This document shows, one piece after another, positions 58,826-64,000 of a stretch of DNA of 64,000 nucleotides. The stretch comes from Terriglobales bacterium (GTDB lineage: Bacteria; Acidobacteriota; Terriglobia; Terriglobales; Acidobacteriaceae): contig CAWDLG010000006.1 in assembly GCA_963803205.1 (NCBI GenBank), positions 116,977 through 180,976 of the forward strand, in the 5' to 3' direction. The notes under the pieces were generated by a model that worked only from the letters and a program-made list of their open reading frames with translations, searched no databases and had not been told where the DNA came from. How positions within the stretch are numbered: the first letter of the stretch is position 1; the number at the start of each line of letters is the position of its first letter. The position numbers and the translations under genes were made by a program.

Positions 58826-59956
58826 ATGGCTGCTGCACATCCATTCCAGACCGACGATCCGCGGTTAGGACCTATCCATGACCGCGTGATGGCCGGCCAA
58901 CGGCTCGGCTACGAGGACGCACTGGCCGTGTACCGTACGGGCGACATCCTTGCGGTTGGCTGGCTGGCAAATGCAGTGCGCGAGCGGATACACGGCAACC
59001 GCACGTATTTCAACGTCAACCGTCACATCAATCCGACCAACGTCTGCGTGGCGGCCTGCCGCCTTTGCGCCTTTGGGCGCAAGAAGGACAGCCCCGGCGC
59101 CTACACGATGGCTCTCGACGAGGCCTTTCAGACAGCCGCCACCGGATACAGCGAAGCGGTCACGGAATTCCACATCGTCGGCGGTCTGCATCCCGATCTG
59201 CCGTTCCAATATTTTCTCGATCTGATCTCCGGCCTGAAGGAGCGCTTCCCACAGGTTCATCTCAAAGCTTTCACGATGGTCGAGGTGGCTTACCTGGCGA
59301 AGCGAGCCAAGCTCTCCATCCTTGAAACTTTGCAGCAGATGAAAGACGCCGGCGTCGATTCCTTGCCCGGCGGCGGCGCCGAGATTTTCGCCGACCGCGT
59401 GCGGCACATCATTTGCGATCACAAGATTGACGGCGCCCAATGGCTTGAGACGGCCCGGACTGCCCACAGGATTGGGCTCAAGTCGAACGCCACCATGCTT
59501 TATGGTCACGTCGAAAATGACGAAGACCGCGTCGACCACCTTCTCAAGCTGCGTGACCTCCAGGATGAAACCGGCGGCTTCCAGACCTACATTCCGCTGG
59601 CGTTTCATCCGGACAACACGCCCCTGCAGCACCTGCCCAAAACGACGGGCATGCTTGACATCAAGCAGATCGCCGTTGGAAGGCTGGTGCTCGACAACTT
59701 CCCCCACATTAAGTCCTACTGGCAGATGATGACGCCGAAGATCGCCCAGATCTCGCTGCGCTTCGGGGCCGACGACATCGACGGCACGGTGGTCGAGGAG
59801 AAGATCTATCACGACGCCGGGGCCACGACCCCGCAAGGCATGCGCCGAGAGGAACTCGTGCGCCTGATCACGGAAGCCGGCCGCGAACCGGTCGAGCGCG
59901 ATACTCTTTACCGGCCAGTCACCCGCACAGAGACCTCTGTCACCGTAGCCGTCTAG
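58826..59956 (+). CDS. mqnE: futalosine-pathway radical SAM enzyme, MqnE/MqnC family (aminofutalosine synthase more likely)
   Basis: ATG at 58826 within ORF 58583-59956. Radical SAM cluster NRHINPTNVCVAACRLCAF (Cx3Cx2C). The overall length (376 aa) and the blocks FHIVGGLHPD and MLYGHVE are typical of the family. Discriminating MqnE from MqnC by eye is uncertain. Confidence 0.75.
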   Translation: MAAAHPFQTDDPRLGPIHDRVMAGQRLGYEDALAVYRTGDILAVGWLANAVRERIHGNRTYFNVNRHINPTNVCVAACRLCAFGRKKDSPGAYTMALDEAFQTAATGYSEAVTEFHIVGGLHPDLPFQYFLDLISGLKERFPQVHLKAFTMVEVAYLAKRAKLSILETLQQMKDAGVDSLPGGGAEIFADRVRHIICDHKIDGAQWLETARTAHRIGLKSNATMLYGHVENDEDRVDHLLKLRDLQDETGGFQTYIPLAFHPDNTPLQHLPKTTGMLDIKQIAVGRLVLDNFPHIKSYWQMMTPKIAQISLRFGADDIDGTVVEEKIYHDAGATTPQGMRREELVRLITEAGREPVERDTLYRPVTRTETSVTVAV

Positions 59957-60097
59957 CCCTGGCTCCCGGCCCGATTTTTCCTGTTTTTGCGGGATGAATT
60001 GACCTCCGGATTTCGTTTTTCTCCATACCACGGGGTGTAGAATCGATGTGCAGGACGAAAGCTTCAGGGGATCCGCTCCCCTTTTCCGAGGCCTCGA

Positions 60098-61144
60098 ATG
60101 AACGTCCATATCAGTTATCGGGTTCAAAAAACTCCAGACATCGAAAAAGAAATCACTCATATCGTAGGCAAGCTGCAAAAAAGGCTGCAATTCTTCCGTC
60201 CGGAACTGGTGCACCTGAAAGGGCTGGTGGAAAAGAACTCTCCGCGCAAGGGAATCACTGTCGCTTTGAACCTGCGACTGCCTTCCGGCCAGATGGCGGC
60301 CCAGGAATCGGCGCCGGTTGCCACGGCGGCAATCAAGGGCGCATTCAGTGAGCTGCTGCAACAGGTCAGCAAGCACAAGGCCCTTCTCAGGAACTCCCAC
60401 AAGTGGGCCCGCCACCGCCGCGAGCCGGGCGCGCCCCCGGAAACGCACATGCCGTTTGAAAAAACACTGGCGGCCGTGCAGACGCCGGCGGTCTCTGCGG
60501 AAGATATCCGTTCCTATGTCAACGCCAGTCTGGGACGGCTGGAGCGCTTCGTGGAGCGGGAGCTCTTCATCCGTGAGGCCAGCGCCGAGATCTCCTCCGA
60601 CGCCGTGAGCAGGGAAGAAGTCATTGACGAGGTCATTGTCCGGGCCCTGGGCGATGGAGAGGAAAAACCGGAGCGGATTAGGCTGGAGCCGTGGCTCTAT
60701 CGCCTGGCCATCGCCTCGATTGACGACCTCGCGGCACGCGGGGAGGATAGCGTCGGCAGTGTTCCTTTGGAGGAATCGGCGCGTAAGCAGAACGTGCGGG
60801 CAAGCGATGAGGCCGGGTTGCAATTTCACCAGCCGGACGAGATGCTCACCGAAGAAAGCATAATTCCGGACCGCCGGGTCTCTACTCCCGAGGACATTGC
60901 CTATTCCGACGAGATGGTCGGACTGGTTCAGTATGCCTTGGCTGGCTCCGGGCGGGTGGATCGCGAGGCCTTCATTCTGCACACGATTGAGGGGTTTTCG
61001 ATCGAAGAAATTGCCGTAATCACAGATCGCAAAGATGACGAGATACGTACGTCGATCACGGCTGCCCGGCAGCACGTTCGCCGCTTTGCCCGCCTGCCCG
61101 AGAGCGTCCGCCAGCGCGGGTTGCAGAAGACGGGTACGACCTGA
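60098..61144 (+). CDS. fusion protein: N-terminal HPF/RaiA (S30AE, ribosome hibernation) domain plus C-terminal ECF-sigma-like region 2 and region 4
   Basis: Residues 1-100 are MNVHISYRVQKTPDIEKEITHIVGKLQKRLQFF...VALNLRLPSGQMAAQESAPVATAAIKGAFSELLQQVSKHKALLR. They are collinear with E. coli HPF (MQLNITG...[40 protein letters not shown]). Residues approx. 190-235, EEVIDEVIVRAL...EPWLYRLAIASIDDLAAR, look like sigma70 region 2. Residues approx. 285-335, REAFILHTIEGFSIEEIAVITDRKDDEIRTSITAARQHVR, look like a region 4 HTH. Confidence 0.7.
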   Translation: MNVHISYRVQKTPDIEKEITHIVGKLQKRLQFFRPELVHLKGLVEKNSPRKGITVALNLRLPSGQMAAQESAPVATAAIKGAFSELLQQVSKHKALLRNSHKWARHRREPGAPPETHMPFEKTLAAVQTPAVSAEDIRSYVNASLGRLERFVERELFIREASAEISSDAVSREEVIDEVIVRALGDGEEKPERIRLEPWLYRLAIASIDDLAARGEDSVGSVPLEESARKQNVRASDEAGLQFHQPDEMLTEESIIPDRRVSTPEDIAYSDEMVGLVQYALAGSGRVDREAFILHTIEGFSIEEIAVITDRKDDEIRTSITAARQHVRRFARLPESVRQRGLQKTGTT

Positions 61145-61218
61145 TTTCTTCGCGATTCATGTAGGAGGGGCGCTGCCTGAAAACTCCCATCTCGCGGGAC
61201 GCGTCCACGAACCATGCA

Positions 61219-61240
61219 GGCACGGGCGTCCTCGCCCGTG
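61219..61240. terminator. GC-rich hairpin between convergent genes; a possible factor-dependent or bidirectional termination element with no U-tract
   Basis: GCACGGGCG-TCCT-CGCCCGTGC is a perfect 9-bp stem. No T-run follows on either strand. Confidence 0.35.
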
Positions 61241-61267
61241 CAAAGGCTAGTTTGAGTTAGGAGGTAA

Positions 61268-62860
61268 TTACCGGTTGAGTGCGTGCCCGCTGCTGCGCTC
61301 GGCAATGATTCGCTTGGCATTATCTGCCAGCGCCTTTGCTTGCGGCAGCAACTCGAGCGCCTTTGTGACCTGCGGATCGTTCTCCGCCCGCACCTTCAGG
61401 CCCTCTTCCTGACCGAATTCGTCGACGAAGACCTCGCTCTTGATGCTGGAGCGCAGCCAGTCGTTGTTTTCGAGGAAGTCCTGCTCGGTGTAGGGAATCT
61501 TCTCTGCATCCAGAAACTTGCGAAAGTCCTGCATGACTACATCATCCACCTGGAAGCTTTGGGTGGCATGATGGGTCGACGTGTAGTGTTTTGCGAAGTT
61601 AAAGAACGCGTAGTGCTGAAGCAGCGAGTCCTGGAACTTGTTGCTCTTCACCGGCGGAATCTTCACATCGGGGAGAATTCCACCGCCGCCATACACCGGG
61701 CGTCCGCTGTCCGTCAGCTTGATCTCGTGATTGTTGTTGTCGCTGGTTTCGCGGTTGAAGTAGTAGTCGTAGAGCGAAACGTTCGAGTAGTCGCGCTGGA
61801 TCAGCCTTCCGCTGGGGGTGTAGTACTTCGCCGTCGTCAGCGCCAGGCCGGTGTTCTCAGACAGCGGATAAACCGTCTGCACCAGGCCCTTGCCAAAGGT
61901 GCTCTCGCCGACAATCAGGCCGCGGTCGTGATCCTGGATCGCCCCGGAGACAATCTCCGCGGCCGAAGCCGTGCCCCGGTTGACCAGGACGACCAGCGGG
62001 TATTCCTTGCCGCCGTTTCCGTGCGTGGCGACGTAGCGCTTCTCTGACGAAGCCCGGCCATGATGCGAAACGATGAGCTGGCCTTTACGCAGGAACTTGT
62101 CCGCGACGCCCACGCCCTCGCTTAGCAGGCCGCCGGGATTCTGGCGAAGGTCGAGGATCAGGCCCTTCAGATCTCCCATTTCGTCCAGAGCCTGCGATAC
62201 CTCGTGCTCAGTGGTCTCATTGAAGCCGGAGATGTGCAGGTACCCGATTCCCGGCCTGATCATGAAGTGCAGGTCCACGCTGTAGCGGGGAATCTCGTCG
62301 CGAACCACCGCAAACTCGAGGGGTTTGTCGCTGCCTTCCCGCAGGATGGTGATGTGAACCGTCGTCCCTTTGGGTCCCTTGAGCAGGTCGGCCACATCGC
62401 CCGTGCTCATATTGTCGGTTGGCTTGCCGTCCACAGCCGCGATGATGTCCCCGGGGTGGATTCCGGCGCGATACGCCGGGGTGCCGGCAAACGGCGCAAT
62501 CACAATCACTTTGTTGTTGCGCGGGCCCACTGTCATGCCGACGCCGTAGTACTTGCCCCGCTGATCTTCCTTCAGGAGCGAATAAGCCTTTGGATCGAAG
62601 AAGTTAGAGTGGGGATCGAGCACGTGCAGCATGCCCGGAATGGCGCCGTTGTAGATCGCCTTGTCCGGATTGACCGGTTCCGCGTAGTTCTGCTCCACCA
62701 CGTCATAAACCTGGGTAAATTGCCGCAGGCTGTCGCGCACGTCGGCATCGCTGCCGGCGGCGGCCGCGGGCGTCTTCTGGGCAAACAGCATGCCCAGGCA
62801 TCCACAGGCGATCAAAAGCAGGACAATGGCAAGAAGAGCTCGGCGAGAACTGCGGACCAT
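61268..62860 (-). CDS. ctpA: S41-family carboxyl-terminal processing protease with a PDZ domain
   Basis: The ATG at 62860 gives an N-terminal anchor MVRSSRRALLAIVLLLIACGCLG. PDZ block AGIHPGDIIAAVDG. Catalytic blocks LILDLRQNPGG, VLVNRGTASAAEI and FGKGLVQ. Confidence 0.9.
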   Translation of the reverse strand: MVRSSRRALLAIVLLLIACGCLGMLFAQKTPAAAAGSDADVRDSLRQFTQVYDVVEQNYAEPVNPDKAIYNGAIPGMLHVLDPHSNFFDPKAYSLLKEDQRGKYYGVGMTVGPRNNKVIVIAPFAGTPAYRAGIHPGDIIAAVDGKPTDNMSTGDVADLLKGPKGTTVHITILREGSDKPLEFAVVRDEIPRYSVDLHFMIRPGIGYLHISGFNETTEHEVSQALDEMGDLKGLILDLRQNPGGLLSEGVGVADKFLRKGQLIVSHHGRASSEKRYVATHGNGGKEYPLVVLVNRGTASAAEIVSGAIQDHDRGLIVGESTFGKGLVQTVYPLSENTGLALTTAKYYTPSGRLIQRDYSNVSLYDYYFNRETSDNNNHEIKLTDSGRPVYGGGGILPDVKIPPVKSNKFQDSLLQHYAFFNFAKHYTSTHHATQSFQVDDVVMQDFRKFLDAEKIPYTEQDFLENNDWLRSSIKSEVFVDEFGQEEGLKVRAENDPQVTKALELLPQAKALADNAKRIIAERSSGHALNR

Positions 62861-63122
62861 TCTTTTTTCCCTCTGATGGGGCACGTGGGCTACCCCGAGC
62901 ACGGCATATTTGCGGAGTATAGCATGCTTAATAAAGGCTAAAGGTTAGCCCCTGGCCCCCGCAAGTAACCAAACAATTAAGCCCTTAGTGACCAAAGGAT
63001 CTGCCTGCCAGCCTAGCTATAGGATGCTCGTTTCACCCGGCAGGTTCCATAATCAAGATGCGTGGCGCCGTGGGAATCCCGGCTACATTGATGGCAAAGG
63101 ACTCTGGCAGTATCATGGACCT

Positions 63123-63545
63123 ATGAATCTGGGCTTTCCCGAGATGATTTTTCTCTTTCTGCTGGCGCTCCTGATCTTCGGGCCCAAGAAGCTGCCCGAA
63201 GTGGGACGCCAGATCGGGCGCGCGCTGAACGAATTCAAGCGTGCTTCCAACGAATTTAAGGCTCAGATCGAGAACGAGATCTCCAATCTGGACATTGGCG
63301 TCGACCACACCATCTTTTCGCCGACGCAGTCTCCCGCCGGGGCGGTGGCCGCTCTTTCGCTGGGCCCGGAGCCGCCACTTCTCGAGGCCGAACCGGTTCA
63401 CGCCGAGCCCGTCTACGTCGAGCCTGCCCATGTCGAACCTGCACATGCGGCCGTAGAGGCACAGCCCGCCACTCACTCCGAGCCGCAGGCGGTCCACCAG
63501 GAACCAATCGAGCAGCACTCTGAGTCCAAAGGCCACGATGCCTGA
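63123..63545 (+). CDS. tatA: twin-arginine translocase TatA/TatB-family protein with a repetitive acidic tail
   Basis: ATG at 63123 within ORF 62988-63545. The N-terminus is MNLGFPEMIFLFLLALLIFGPKKLPEVGRQIGRALNEFKRA (a TM helix plus an amphipathic helix). The tail contains EPVHAEPVYVEPAHVEPAHA. Confidence 0.85.
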   Translation: MNLGFPEMIFLFLLALLIFGPKKLPEVGRQIGRALNEFKRASNEFKAQIENEISNLDIGVDHTIFSPTQSPAGAVAALSLGPEPPLLEAEPVHAEPVYVEPAHVEPAHAAVEAQPATHSEPQAVHQEPIEQHSESKGHDA

Positions 63546-64000
63546 AGTCGCGGCAGAATTGCCTTCCGGCGATCACGACGACATGCCCGCAATGAGCTTC
63601 CTCGAGCATCTCGAGGAGCTCAGGATGCGGATCATTTACTCCATCATCGCGGTCGCGGTGGGCTTCGGACTGTGCTGGGGGTATGCCGAAAAGATCTTCG
63701 CCCTGATGCAGGAACCCGTGATGTTTGCGCTGAAGCGCAACGGGCTACCCGAGCGGCTCGTTTACCTCAGCCCTACCGAGCCCTTCAACCTTTACCTGAA
63801 AGTCGGTTTGATGGCCGGCGTATTTGTGGCCTCGCCTTTTGTCCTGTACCAGGTGTGGATGTTCATCTCCCCGGGCCTGTACCGCCATGAGCAGCGTTAC
63901 GTCATGCCGTTCATGTTTTCGACGATCCTCCTGTTTCTCGGAGGGGGTTATTTCGGCTACAGAATCGTCTATCCGGCTGCCCTCGACTTCCTGATCAGCT
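63538..64000 (+). CDS. tatC: twin-arginine translocase subunit TatC (5' part, truncated by the window end)
   Basis: The ATG at 63538 overlaps the tatA stop. The translation MPEVAAELPSGDHDDMPAMSFLEHLEELRMRIIYSIIAVAVGFGLCW...PTEPFNLYLKVGLMAGVFVASPFVLYQVWMFISPGLY matches the TatC N-terminal pattern. It is open to the window end and is not in the ORF track. Confidence 0.85.
   Translation, partial: MPEVAAELPSGDHDDMPAMSFLEHLEELRMRIIYSIIAVAVGFGLCWGYAEKIFALMQEPVMFALKRNGLPERLVYLSPTEPFNLYLKVGLMAGVFVASPFVLYQVWMFISPGLYRHEQRYVMPFMFSTILLFLGGGYFGYRIVYPAALDFLIS

Noticed and set aside
58865-61075. A 736-aa minus-strand ORF, among the longer ORFs in the ORF track and not claimed by any annotation.
   Set aside because: It is entirely antisense to the mqnE-like gene and the HPF-sigma gene. 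Those two genes share a reading frame, so the stop-poor antisense frame runs through both and the 140-nt spacer. Its composition is Arg/Gly/Leu/Pro-rich with no recognisable motifs, which is typical of shadow ORFs in GC-rich DNA. The sense-strand genes have clear family signatures.

Overview
This is a GC-rich chromosomal window. I found about 45 protein-coding genes. I found no rRNA, tRNA, CRISPR array, transposase or integrase. Gene content suggests an Acidobacteriota (Terriglobia-like) genome, which is an inference: CarboxypepD_reg-type TonB receptor, ASPIC/UnbV FG-GAP protein, futalosine-pathway radical SAM enzyme, two-subunit GlyRS.

Layout:
- 1-3.2 kb: fucoside module, with a partial glycoside hydrolase, fucP and a secreted GH29 fucosidase.
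- 3.2-10.8 kb: mdtABC-type RND efflux operon.
- 10.9-12.8 kb: MFS transporter and AlkB.
- 12.8-36 kb: a large L-rhamnoside utilisation locus. It holds a GH78 rhamnosidase, rhaI-rhaB-rhaEW, a regulator, a TonB-dependent receptor, a TPR protein, a CRTAC1/ASPIC-UnbV protein, rhaM, a GH39-like hydrolase, an AraA/FucI-like isomerase, rhaT, an FMN-dependent hydroxyacid dehydrogenase and an SDR.
- 36.1-38.9 kb: a three-gene GMC flavoprotein / Tat small subunit / monoheme cytochrome c dehydrogenase.
- 39-48 kb: mixed genes (DUF885, PAS-GGDEF, a tiny disordered protein, AsmA, Gfo/Idh/MocA, a trans-sulfuration PLP enzyme, an SDR, a cupin).
- 48-64 kb: housekeeping genes (thrC, thrB, ferredoxin, recO, glyQS, ppdK, mqnE-like, S41 protease, tatA/B, tatC).

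The observations most worth follow-up are:
- A noncoding cassette recurs in front of the transcription units of the rhamnose locus: a TCAATAGG(C/G)AAA box plus TTGACA-N18-TACAGT.
- One ORF (60098-61144) fuses an HPF/RaiA ribosome-hibernation domain to an ECF-sigma-like region 2 and region 4 module.
- The Tat-exported GMC dehydrogenase trio sits next to the glycan locus.
- A CRTAC1-family protein appears co-transcribed with a glycosidase and rhaM.

I saw no obvious defence island or mobile element. All family calls come from reading motifs by eye. No database search was run, and start codons are inferred.
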